Positions 25,331 through 38,355 of a DNA stretch of 64,000 nt are shown in pieces. Made by a program: the position numbers and the translations under genes. The stretch is from Paraspadella gotoi (lineage: Eukaryota > Animalia > Chaetognatha). The stretch's first letter is position 1, and every line of letters starts with the position of its first letter. The notes below the pieces were generated by a model. It searched no databases. It worked only from the letters and a program-made list of their open reading frames with translations, and was not told where the DNA came from. Location of the stretch: positions 811,554 through 875,553 of the forward strand of contig CM119266.1 in assembly GCA_051294375.1 (NCBI GenBank), read 5' to 3'.

Positions 25331-27851
25331 AATTGTTGGAGAAATTAATTTATTCCCTTTTTATCAAAGTTTTAATTTACTTATGTTTTCGTGGGTTTTT
25401 CAAAAAAAAATATTGAAATGACATAATATGTTTCTAATTTCTTTGAAAAATATAAATTTAACAAATGAAGAATTTCAACAAAATACATATTTAAGGAAAT
25501 GCCACTTAAGTTTTTTTTAAGGCCCACAACCCGATTTTTACCCGGATATTTTCGGACATTTTCGTGAGCAGTGAATTTTATTCTTTCTTATTTAAAATAA
25601 TTTTATCGATGACTTCTTCCGATTCATAGTTTTAAAAGTAGTCAAGTGTCGTAGATCATCGCTTTAACCGAAACCCGGAAATCGACAATTCACCAAGTTT
25701 CCATTGTTGTTCAAAATCGAATACAAATCCCGTTTCTACATAATTTTAAACACCCACCAGTTCTAAGGAATATGGATCGGGTGCGCTATTTAATATTACG
25801 TAACCCCAATAGTTTTTTTTCATTATTGACTGCGCGAAAGCTAATTTCTTTTATAGCCAAAATGTGAGTTTTACAAGGAAACGTTTCATTTTTACTTTCC
25901 CGTGTGTGGTCTATTGTTTTCATTAAAAAAAGAATACAATTACGCTCCAAATTAAAAGTGATACAATCAATACCTCTATTTATATTAAACCAAGATAAAA
26001 ATCAAATCATCTTGAGATGCCTGTACTTTTCATATTCCGATCTTAATTTGTCACTCAGTGTTCTTTTGACGTATAACGATAAATACACTGTTTGTACCCC
26101 TCAATATGTTTTTTTCTTTTTTTTTCTTTGCAGGTTAGAAAAACCGCCAAACTTGACAATATTATCAGTCCACAAGAAATGAAATTAATTAACGTAATAA
26201 GCTTCAGGAAGAAATTTTTTCGTTAAAATAATATAATTGATGCAAGAATGATTGTGCGAAATTCGGAGGTTGAAAGATACAAGGTATGAGATTTGAGATA
26301 TGAGATCGTAGGACCGTAGGGCAATAGACGAGTCTACTGACTTGACAGGGATTCAATTCTTGAACTTTTAAGGACGGAGTCAAGGATTTTGCTCCAGCTT
26401 TGGATATTAAAACCAAAATTCTTTGTTTGGTTAATTCAAATAAAACCAATTTTAAAACAGTAACATATTTCTCGATTTTTTTGTTAGTTTTTTTGGTTGT
26501 TGTTGTCGTTGTCTTTACTGCATTTTTCAGCACAAGTTTCGTTCCGCGCATTCGTTAAGAAAAAAATTTTTCCGCTGCTGACAGAATTAAAAATAAGACC
26601 GAATCAAAACAGACGGCCACGTGTGCATGCCCTACGTGCGGATTCCCGCGTGTTAATATTTTTTATTGGCGCGCGCGCGCGCTGCATCAGCATGAAACGA
26701 CGCCGGCGACGCAGGGTCCAGCGCCAGACGACGACGACAATTCGGACGACGACGACCTCGGATGCACAGATAGAAACGAAATATTGAAAAATTTGCAATT
26801 TTTATCATGAAAAGAAAATTTTCCTTTTTACCTTTTTCGAAAAATTATGATTTTTTTTACGGTCGACATCCCCTTTTGCGATTTTGTGGAAGTAAAAAAG
26901 ATGACTTTTATTATGAACGAATATAATATAATACCAATTTCATATGATATAAGATAATTTATGTCACTATGTTACTAAGAATTTTCTATCCCTCTGTCTT
27001 GCACTGAGAGCTTCTTCCATGTATATTGTATAGAGACTTAGAGACTAGAGAGTATACTCTCTCTGGCTCTCAATTTTGTAAAAGGACTTTTTCCTTGTTT
27101 TTTATTTTTATTTATCTAACTGTTTTTATCATGTCGAGGGGGGGATTTATAAAAAAAATTGGCTCCCAAGTTTGTGAGTTTGTAAGGGATTTTTCCCCGG
27201 GGAATGTGACTGGCAGAGTGAGCGAGTGAGAGAAGCTGTGAGCTGGTCTCTGAAGAAAACTGATCGCCATCACCGAGTTTCAAAATAAATGCTTACTTTC
27301 CTTAGCTTTTTAGCTTCGATAATAAAAGTTAAATTTCTACAACATATCTGATATTTAAACATCCACGTTACCGGTCGCTTAATTAATTATTCACTTAGGA
27401 TATCACTGAGCTGAGATTGACCTCGAATGAGACGAGTTCCTAATTAATTTGGGCGAAAGGTTTTCCGGCCTCGCGTCCAAGGTCAGGCGTCCAAGGCCAA
27501 TAGAATCTCGTGTCACGATTTTATTCTCTCTCTTTGTTCTTCAGAGTCACGCCATTCGAATCTCCCCAATCGACGCGACATCTTTCGGCTTCGAAATTTA
27601 ACGGGAAAAAATATAAAAACAAAATATAAATAAAAAAAATTAACAAGATGAATCGATAATAAGAGATTTCGAAATCAATTAAATCTAGGGCTTCCGCTTC
27701 GCAACTTCCAGGATTTTCTTTCCCTTTTTTTCTGCTTATTTTCAGCACTCAGCACTGTTTCTAAATTTTTGATACTTCCCACCGTTACCACCCATCCGCC
27801 TCAAGCCAGCTTTTCACACTCATTCCACTCTCATCAACCGAAAACGAGAAA

Positions 27852-29595
27852 ATGGTTGGCTTTCACGTTTGCGGCCCCAACGAAGCGTTGGTGGTGACGG
27901 GGTGCTGTTACCAGGCGCAGCCGCACGTCGTCATCGGCAGGTGATTTTTTTTCTAAATTAACAAACAAACAAAAGAACAACACATTGACCGTGAAAAGCG
28001 AGACTTCTTTCTCTGCTTTCTTGTAGCATTCTACTTAAATTTAAAATATGATGCTGCGAAGATCACGTCGTAACACAACTTACAATTATTATTTTGTAAT
28101 GGCGTCTTCAACATGAAAATTTTATTAATACATAAATCGTACTACCCTCTCCAAATTGTCAGTTGGACTTTCGTTTGGCCGGGAATTCAAAACATCCAAA
28201 GTCTTCCGCTGACGACGATGTCCATTCCTCTGTCGACGGAGCAGGGGATCACCAAACATGGCGTTGCCGTCTCCGTCAAAGGTTTTCATAATTTATGAAT
28301 TATGACATGATGACTTATGACATAATCAAGAAAAGGAAAATTCTCTCCGGATGCTAGTAGTTAGTAATTTATTTGATTTGGCGGGTTAATTTAATTTCAG
28401 GGACAGTTAACATCAAGATCGACAGCAGTCACAAAGAACTGCTGACGTTGGCCACTCAACTGTTTCTGGGAAAAACCGAGACAGAAATCTCCGACAAGAT
28501 AAAAGACACTCTGGAAGCGCTGCAGCGAAGTACGATTTCCCATCTCACAGGTAAATAACATGCACATTAATTATTGAGCGAAACTAAATCAAATGAATTC
28601 CAAATGTTCCACAGAAGTTTATGCCCAACATAGCATCAAGCGATTGTTTGCTCGTGTTTAATAATATAATACAATTTTCAGTCGAGGAACTCATATCGGA
28701 CCGAGAGAAATTGCAAAACACTGCCTTCGAGATCATGGTGGAAGAGATGGCCAAGATGGGGCTGACTCTCGTTTCATACTCCGTGAAGGATGTTAAAGAT
28801 TGCAGGTCAGTAATGATGACGCTTTCAGCTGTGATTTATATCACTTTACAATTAGTTCTTTAAACGTCATAAAAAAATCTATAATGGGAGATACTGTGCT
28901 GGAACAAAAAAATATATTTCGACATATATTTTCTATGTCAACACTGGTAAAGAAATAACAAAATTTTTTTTTGAAAAAAAACATGAAAATTTTTCAAAAA
29001 AACTTAATTTTGATTTTTCTTAAACTTCTCAGATTGCAAGTTTACTGCAATCTAACGTCCGCTTTGAAAAAGTCTCCGCTGAAAAACTCTCTTGCGTTCA
29101 GGTACCATGTATTCCTTATAATATTAATAATATCAATAAAAATACGATTGAAGAGAAAGATTATCATTACGAAATCACTTAACCCCGGAAAAAATCCTAA
29201 TGGAGATCAACAACTTCATGTTATAAACTAGGAAAGCGGCAGACGCCGACCGAAGTATCCCGGAGGACGACGAGAAAAGCGAAGACAAAGAATTGAAACC
29301 GAGCGCGGTCGACGCCGCCGACAATGCCGTCGCCGTCGATGAAACCAGCGAAGTCAAAATTACGGTCACTGTGGACGAGGTAGACGTATCCGTCACCGAA
29401 GACAAGCTGGAGAACCTCGACAGCGGCGGCGGCGACGACGGGGGCGGCGACATCGCCGTCGATCCTCCCACCTTGACGGAACCAAGGGCTGAAGCGTCGA
29501 CGACAAAAGACGACGAGAAAGTCAAAACTCCGCCAGCCACAGTCGATGCCAAAGAAACCGACGCCGACTCCCGAGAAGATGATCCAAACAATTAA
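27852..29595 (+). CDS. Flotillin-like SPFH-domain protein with an acidic low-complexity tail
   Basis: Exons 27852-27940 (MVGFHVCGPNEALVVTGCC), 28163-28281 (WTFVWPGIQNIQ...TKHGVAVSVKG), 28401-28550 (QLFLGKTETEI...TLEALQRSTI), 28682-28805 (VEELISDREK...MAKMGLTLVSYSVKDVKD) and 29232-29595 splice in phase. The motifs match the flotillin N-terminal SPFH region. Confidence 0.88.
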
Positions 29596-31317
29596 CTTAG
29601 TTATTTATCTGTATTTATAGTCATTAGTCGCATTTCCAAGTTAACCGCGCATCTTTATTATTTTAAGTTGACTTAGATCGCATTCTGTCTTTCGTGATGA
29701 AGCTTCAGTGTTCGCAATTCTTAATTCTATCCAGCGGAGTGGCCTTACAAATGCGAGAAGACAATTATTATTTGCGTCCCACCCTCCCCCTTGTTCCCCA
29801 TGAATCTTCAATCACGTACGTTAATTTCTGATGTGTGAGTATAAAAGAACATGACTCGATCTTAAGTTTAAAGTAGAGAACGAAATCGCACGTGACTGGA
29901 AAAGCTCAGGACGCGATAAAAACAAAAAAATTTCTGATTATTAATGATTAATTTAAAAAAAATTAATTCAATCTCAGTTTTATAACATTATTGTAAATTA
30001 TTTGATTTAAAAAATAAAACCTTGGCATTCAAAACAAATTGTTTACAAATTTCGAATCTTTTTCTGAATGGCTATTTTTAGAAAGTAACTTCCTTCCCGC
30101 ATGAAATTCAAAGCTATTTTCGCAAATAATGATTGAAAATTGTTTTTTATAATTAATGTTGTTTTGCATGCAATCGATCTCGTCAAGTGCAAAAGAAATT
30201 GCTCAGTTTTTTAGAAGAAAAATAAAAAAGAAAAAAACTTTGAAATTCTATTTTTCTATTATCTATATATATGGATAATAACCGGATTACGATTTTAAGG
30301 ATTTCAATCTATATATCTATCTATATATCTATCTATAACAGTAACTCATGATGAAGATATTACAATTTTTTATTAAAGCATAAATAACTTAGCCGTGCGG
30401 TCGGCTGAGGTTTTGACATTCTAAGCCTAATACTATTAGTAATAGCAAGGACACTAACTTACAAAGGTTCGACGTACTAAGCCGTTACCGACCTCGGAAC
30501 TGGCCGCCACTGACTCTTCCCTGGCTTTTAAGCACGCGGGTCCCTTGGAGAAACCGCCGCTGCATCAGGAACGCCTCAGCCGCTGCACAAGAAAAAACAG
30601 CAGAATCTTGCTTTTTCAGCAGCAACAACGAAGCAGGATGTAAAGATAAAGTCTATAAATTTAAGCAAGCCGCGGCAGAGACGGTAAACAGCTTCTGCTT
30701 CGGAGAAGCGCGCTTCTTCTGCAGCTTTGCTAATAGAGTGAACGTCCGTCGCCGCAGGTCAGAGAAGAGAAAAACCCGCAGCAGCCACCACACTCAGCAG
30801 CGTCGGTAGTTCGTCCAGGCCGCGGCCGTCGAGTTCTCGCTCCCCACATTCTCGATATCAATTCGTTTTCATGATACTTTTGTACATATTTTCTTTTTAT
30901 TATGCAGTTTCAAAGCAACAAACACGCCAAACATGAGCTAGATTCGCCGTGTCAGACTCGCAACGCTCGAATAAAGGCTGTGACGGCGTGAAAACTATCA
31001 TAAAAACATCCGGTTTTCAAATGTCCTTGTCACGACTTGTACGTCGATTAGAGACGAGACGAAGGATATAACCATTACTTCCTCGTAAATTTGTCAGAAA
31101 TGATGGAAAAGTAAGTCAAATCGCCTTAATATTCTAATAATGTTACGTTAAATGACTTATTTCAATATTTTTACATTTATTCCCGCGTTTCTTTGGTTGG
31201 GTGATGTGGTATTGGGACCCATCCTAGTTATCAGAAAATTTTTTTAACAAGTTATCTATTTAATTGTGATATCTTACATAATCGGAGTTGTTACTTATAT
31301 ATAGTTTTACATACATA

Positions 31318-31642
31318 CAGGGACTTCAACCTGGACCGATACGAAAAGATTTGAGTAAACTCGTAAACTCGTATATTATTTTTATGACATTTATTAGTTA
31401 TAAAACAACTTGACGTTTATGTTGACCTAAAAAATATTTAAATTTCCTCTCTAATTTTAACAGTTTTTAACAATTTAACAATTTTTAACGCTGATTGTGA
31501 AGTTATCTGATGTAAAAATTAAAAAAAATTGGTGAAAAAAAATCAGTTTGGTGATTATTTTTTTTTTTAATTCTCATGTAAAACCTAACTTATTTACTGT
31601 GGTAATAACGTTTTTTCGTATCACTCCAGATTGAAGTCCCTT
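31318..31642. mobile_element. MITE, probably Tc1/mariner type
   Basis: ~30 bp imperfect terminal inverted repeats (CAGGGACTTCAACCTGGACCGATACGAAAA / TTTTCGTATCACTCCAGATTGAAGTCCCT), flanked by TA on both sides, with an AT-rich non-coding interior. Confidence 0.7.
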
Positions 31643-32505
31643 TAAATTTAGGAAGGAAGTGATGAAGTAGAAAATGTGTACCTACATAGAAGTTAAAATG
31701 TAATTAGAACTAAGGTCGCCGCGACCCTTTTTCCTCAAATTGTCTTAATTTCTTATTTTCGACTTGATTAATGCAACGAGTTGCGTGTAGAGAAACCGAG
31801 ACGCGGGGTCCTGACTTCTCAGCGGCTTTTCCCTTCCCGAGTCGCTCGCGAGATCGAGGAGAAACGAAGACCGCGAGATAAGAGAGAGTGTATCCACTAT
31901 CCACTAGCCTGGCTAAGAAGAGAGAGAGAGATAGAAGGGCAGGGCTGAATCGAATCTCCTTCTCGACCGAGTTGGATTCGTGCGGAGGTTTTGAGAAAAA
32001 CAATCTTTTTCGCCGGACGACGGGTTAAATCTCGGCTCGATCGTATTCTATTGAAAAATCATACTTTTTAAAAGTCTCCCACCCTCGTTTAGAGGATAGT
32101 TTTCTCTTGAAAAAAAAAATGGTGAGTTTAAATAAATCCCCGGATAATTTCGTTGTTTACGAGAATTTCATTTTTTTCATTTTCGTGTCTGTTTTCTTTT
32201 TTAGACTTTATTTATCGAGTAAATTGAAATTGATTTTTTTTTTCGATTTCGAAGCGCGCGGTTTTAACAACGGGTGGTTTCAAGTTGTTATTAAAACTAC
32301 CGGTTTTCAGTATCTAATGTATTTTATTACGTATTTTATTACGTAATTTTTGAATTTAATATTTCTCATTTTTCGGAATTATCCGGCGTCCCCAGAGATT
32401 TACCGCAAATTCGGAAAAAAGTAACCAAACGCGGATCGTCCTCGTCAATTCATTTTCGAACTTCGACTTTTCAGTGACGACAGCGAATCCACGAACTCGC
32501 CGACA

Positions 32506-35500
32506 ATGAAGGCCACACCCCATCCCAAAGACTCTCCGTCTTCCGGCGCCGACGTTGCCTCAGCGACGACGGAATCCTCCAACGACGCCTCCCCTAAGAA
32601 TCAGGATTCCCCCCAACGCCTCGTCGACAAGAAGAGAGGCTCGCTCACTCCGCCCCCGACCACCAGATCGAAGGGCGGCGTCGCAGCATCAGGTGAACAA
32701 GCCGAACTGATGTTATTCCAAAATGGGGAAGGGGGCTGCAATCGTATTTCAGTTAAGATAGGACGGTATAACTTTAAATTCTGAGAATTTTGAGCATTTT
32801 TTACTGCTCGGGTGGATTTGATAAGGTCTTAATTTTAAAACGGGTATAATTAAACGTGGCCAAATGTCTGCTCTTACCTTTGCAGTATAGCAAGCTTGCT
32901 CAATTTTCTTCTTTTTATATAGACGGTTATTCTTCTTGTTAAAAGACACTACAAATTTCAATGGTAATTATATAATGTTTTACCACCATTGTCATCCCTT
33001 TTATCATTATAAAATATACTAGCAGCAAAATTCTCTTACTGAATTTTGCCAACCAGGTATTGCTATAAGAATCAAGTTTATTACATAATTTTCTCATCCT
33101 CAATGTCACTTTTGTTTGTCATTATGTAGGAAGTGGTTCTTTCTATGTTGTATCAAACAACAGTGATGACTCATAATGTTATAGATTCTGTACCTGTTGC
33201 TCTACTTTTCTTCGAGTTTTTAGACCTCATTAAGGGGTATCAATAAATAAATAGCATCGTAGTGGTTAATTTAGACGTATAGCCAGCATCAAATTCAACA
33301 CTGAAACTATGCAGTGTTTTTTTTTATGAGCGCTGTCTTGACCAAGCAAAATCTAGCATTTGTAATTGTAAAAATTAAGAATATTTGCGTTTACGGAAAG
33401 ATTTGGAGGCTTGGTCAAGAATGGTGGCCTAATCGTGATAGAAATGTAATTTTGAAAAAAATAAAACGAGAATAACAAGGGCGTTCTTGGATTTACGTGC
33501 ACCTTAAACCCAATTCCTTCTACTTGGTCCTTCTCGTAAGCGTAAATGAAAGGAGAGTAAAAGAGTCAGTTTGAGGAATTTAGCTTTCTAACCTTTCGTC
33601 AGGATTTAAACCTTCCTATTTTGGCGGATTGTCTTCCTTTTTGGCTTTACGGTTGGTCTGTCGCTACCTAAACCGTATAGAATCCTGGCTTTCCGGAAAA
33701 TGCACCTTTCCTTCTTTCTATCGGCCCCCTTTATACCCCACTAGTTATTGTGTTTTAAATCACTAATTAAGTACCTATATATTGTTTATATTCAGTACGA
33801 AGTAAAATCTATCGACGGAAGTTATATTTTAACAAGGTAATTCTAGAATAGTTACTAAGCACTGCTCCATATTTACATTCTGTAACGGACGCATCACCGG
33901 TCAAAAAAGTTTTGGTAATTAAGAAGAAAATTATTTTTATCGAAAATTTGTAAGATTAATAGGATTGTAATTCTTGTCCTGATATAATGTTAAGTAATAA
34001 ACCAAAACGCCTCCACCAAATTTTGTTTTCAAGTCATTACAAAAAAAAGAATTGGTGATGGATTCTGGAGTTATTCGTATCAAAAATGTTACTAACTTCG
34101 TCGGTTTAAAAGTTATAAACTCTAATTTATAATGCTTTGAAAAATCCACTGTGTGTGTCCAATCAAAATAAAAATTAAAAGCGCTAATATTGTAAAATTT
34201 AAAATGAACAAACGTATAATTTTCTGCCAAATATTTCTTCAATATAGTTCTTGCATCCGTTCTTTTCTTTTTTGTCGTGAACCGCCAGTGCTATGCTCGT
34301 TCTTTATATACTTAAACGCTTTCATTAAAAAGAACAAGTATTTTACCATATTTCGTTTTGGCGTTGCATTAAAACAATTCGAAAAAGCAGTTCCTCGCTT
34401 CATATTTTTTTCCGTTTGTTTGTTTAATCTTTCTCTCTCTCTGACCCGTTTTTTTTTTCTTACTCTCGTTTCGCTATCTCACGTTGTCCCCTCTTGCCCC
34501 CCACGAAAAAAAACCCTATCTCTCGCTTCTCGCAGAAAATTTTGTGATAAAAGGTAACTCGAAGAAACAAGTAAGGCGTTTACAGGTAAAAAAGATAGGT
34601 TTTTTTTTTGAGCTTCTCATTTGGATTCAATTAGTTATTTTTTTTTCAAGGTTGTTTACAAGATGTTAATAAAATAAATTTTATAAAGCTATATTCGTTC
34701 TCGCTTTTATTTGATACGACGCGGGTCATCGTTTTTTTAACCACACCTCTTTTTAGTTAACTGGCATGAATCTTTTACCACTGACAAAAAACCTTTTAAA
34801 CAAAATACCTTTTGTCATGATTAAGTAGTTTATATTTACGAAAATAAAATAAAATTAAACAACGAAATCTAGTATTCAATCGCGTCTCCCTCTTACAAAA
34901 AGAGAGAGAAAACTTTTTTTCTTTTTGACGCAAAGGAGTGCCGACAAAACCTTAACAAAATCACCTCCGTTCCTCCGCAGGCTCGTCGAAAATTTCCTCG
35001 AAGAAGTCCGCCACATCCGGGGTCTTCGGCAAAGGCCTCGCCTTCGGCTTTCAAAAAAAGACTCCTAACATCGTGCAGCAGTCGTCCGTGTTCGCTCGCA
35101 CGCGTTCCCATGGCGGCCGGACCACTTCCGGCAGCGAGGGAGGCGCCACTTCCGCCTCACCGGCAGAGAAGGGTGGTGCCAAGGAAGGGTCGCTCGGCGC
35201 CGACAGCGATACGAAGGAAGGCGCCGAGGATTCCAAGGAAGGATCGCGAGAGGCGGAGGGGGAGGAGGTCAAGGAGGAGGAAGAGACGGCGAAAGGATCA
35301 GGCGACGCCGTCGCGGACGAAGAGGTCGTCCCTGCCGAAGTCAAGGACGAAGCCGAACCTCTAGAGCAGACGCAGCAGCCGTCGGCGCAGCGACCCAAGG
35401 AAGGATTCGTGAAAGTCGTAAGCCGCGACGGTTCTACGGAGTTGGAGTGGCCCGCCGAGATGATCGAACGCACCACCACCCAGCCTCACGTCGAGTTTAG

Positions 35501-38318
35501 CGTCAACCCGCTCTTCTTCAACTTCGGTAAGCTCGTCGTCGACTCCGGCTTGAAGACCAAATTGGACGAGTACGAAGTCAAGATCTCTCTCGAGGACGAC
35601 GAGAGGTTGTCCGACGACAAAGAGGACGCGGAGGCCAAGGTCAAAACGTCAGTCAGGTCGCGGAAAAAGGTTAAGGACAAACCCGACCCTCTCATCTCTG
35701 AGGACATAGACGGAGTTAAGATGGAAGAAGATCAGGAGGCGGACAAGGAGGAGGCGAAGAAGGAGGACGGCTACGAGGCTGAAGCCGAGGCGGACGGAGG
35801 AAAGAGGGAGATGGACGAGGAAGACGAAAAGGGGGAGAAGAAGAGGAGGAAGCGAAAGAAGAAAAAGAAGCACCGCCGAGAGCGAGAGGAGGTGGAGGAG
35901 GAAGAAAAGGAGGTGAAAGAGGCGAAAGAGGGCGAAGGGAAGAGGGAGAGAAAGAGGAAGGATCGGAAAAAGAAACGAGAAAGAAGTCGGAAGAAAGACT
36001 CGGAAAAGGAGAAGCCGGAGAAGGATGAGACGGAGGAGGTGGAGGGGAAGGAGGAGGAAAAAGAGGAGGAAGAAGACAGAGAGAAGATCGGCAAGGAAAA
36101 GAGGAAGAAGAAAAAGAAGCATCACAAAAAGTCGAAAAAGCGCGGGAAGCGAGACAAAGGGGGCGCGGCCAGCGACGAAGAACAGCGCCACGTGGTGGCC
36201 TCTGGACCCAAAGATTCGAAAAAAAGGCGCCGCAAGGAAGAACCACGTGAGATGGACGACGCCGCCGCCGCGGGAATTGACGGCGACGGCGCCGAAGAGT
36301 ACAAGGTTGTTCGTATCGAGAAAAAAACCGGCGCCAAGAGAAGCGCCCCGAACGATGACGTGGCCAGCGTCGAAGGCTCCAAGGACAAGGACGTCGGCGC
36401 CACCAAGCAGCGGAAGCGGAAAAAGTCGTCAGGCGCCGCCTCCGAATCCCAAACGGACGGCGCCACCGGGGAGACAAAGAAAGACAGAAAGGAGAAAAAG
36501 AGTCGCCGGGCGGAAGAGAACGTGGAAGAAGCCCCACCGCTGTCTCAAGGCGGTGTCGGTGGTGGCGAGAAAGCAGTCGGAGGCAGGAAACGCAGCGTGG
36601 GCGATAAGATCAACGGCGTCTCTCCCGGCCGCGCCGCGCCTTCCACCGCCGACCAACAGGGAGCCAAAGCTGACGGCGTCGGTCCATCTTCGGGCTCGTC
36701 AATTACCGGCGCCCAGGCTAAAGGCGGCGCCAAATCGACTCAGGATCACTCCAAGCCCGACGGGGTCATCGAGAAGCTCCAGCGGTTGAGCCGGATGTCC
36801 TTCAAGGAAGCCGGGGGCCGCGGGGCCGAGGCCGTCTCCAGACGAATTCTGGAGTCCAAGGCAATGAGCCGGGGCATGAATAACGCCGGGATGCAGGGCG
36901 CCGGAGGTCCCGGGGGTTTGGCCGGAAATATGGGCCCCGGTGGAGCCGGCGGACCCTTGGCTGCTGGAAGAGGGGGTCCTTCAGGCGGACCCGGCGGCGG
37001 TGGCGGCGGCGCCGGTTATCCGGACGACGGAAAGCAAGGACCGAGAGGTCGTCAGTACAGAAATCGAGGAGGACAGAATCCCGATCAAGGTGAGAAATAA
37101 GGGAGTGGCGCCTTTAAGTCATTTTATACTTTGTTTAATTAAAGACTCATTTCCCCTCCGATCAGGCCAAGGTCCGTCGGGCAGTCGAGGTCAAGGAGGC
37201 GGGCGCCCCGTCGAGGGCGACTCTGCCCGTCAGCATCACCGCGACCGGAGCTCGCGGTCTCCCTCCGGGTCGGACGAGAGCTACACCACCGAAGACGAGG
37301 ATCGGGGCCGTCGACGCAGACGACGACGATCTCGGTACGTATGTTGGATCTATTATTAGATTATTTATATTATTACAGCAATAATCTTCTCGCCAGAATT
37401 ATCCAATTTTTGGTTGGTTTTTTTTTCTTTTTTTTCCGTTTTTCAGTCGCTCCTCCCACCGTCGCCGATCCGAGTCAGACTACTCCGGCTCCTCTCGCTC
37501 TAGGAGTCGCTCCTACAGCTCCTACGACGACGAAGATTCCCGCTCCTCTAGATCGCGGTCGCACGGACGTCGTCGCTCCTATCGCTCATACTCGTCGTCT
37601 ACGGGGTCGGAGTATCACCGATCTCGGCGTCGGCATCGACGTGGTCGGAGATCCAGGTGAGTGTTTTCAGAGATCCCTGTTGGTGTTGGTTGAAAGAAAA
37701 AGGGAGTTGGGAGAGCGTATTCCATGATTGTAAAGAAAAACGACAAAAACCCCTTACCCCCTTACTAGTAGAATTTATTTTATTTATATTTAACTATTGT
37801 GACCATCACCATACCGTTTTCGTACAGATCCGAGGATTCGTACGAGAGCGACTACAGCCGGTCGCGATCTCGATCCGCCTCGAGACATTCGAGGCATCGT
37901 CGAAGTCGCCGTCGGAGAGGTCAGTCTAGTCGATCTTTGTCATCATATTCGTTCGATCAAATTACTCTTTCGTTTCGTTTCGTTTCGTTCCGTTCAGATC
38001 GTCACTCGTCTTATTCCTCCTACACGGATTATTCGACGTCTCGGTCGCGCACGCGCTCTCGCTCCCGATCGCCCCCGCCCACGCACCATCGCAGCGGAGG
38101 CCAGAATCCGCCCAACGCCGGCCCAGGCTCGGGTCGCGGAGGGCCGCAGGGTCGATATGGAGGTAAGGAATAAAGATGAGCTGTTCGAAGTCGAGCTGTC
38201 TCTCTCTCTTTTTTTTTCTCTCTTACATAGTATTACGAAGGAAATATGATTGACTTTTACATCTAAACCTCGACGACGATAATAATGATGACTTCGACTA
38301 AGTCCGATCTCTCACGCA

Positions 38319-38355
<37 letters not shown>

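Noticed and set aside
30460-30880. GC-richer island with protein-like stretches
   Set aside because: All frames are interrupted by stops and no motif is recognisable; at most a decayed exon.
35051-36789. Many long overlapping ORFs in alternative frames and on the minus strand
   Set aside because: Shadows of the GC-rich, low-complexity GPATCH8-like exon; the same applies to overlapping ORFs across TUBGCP6.
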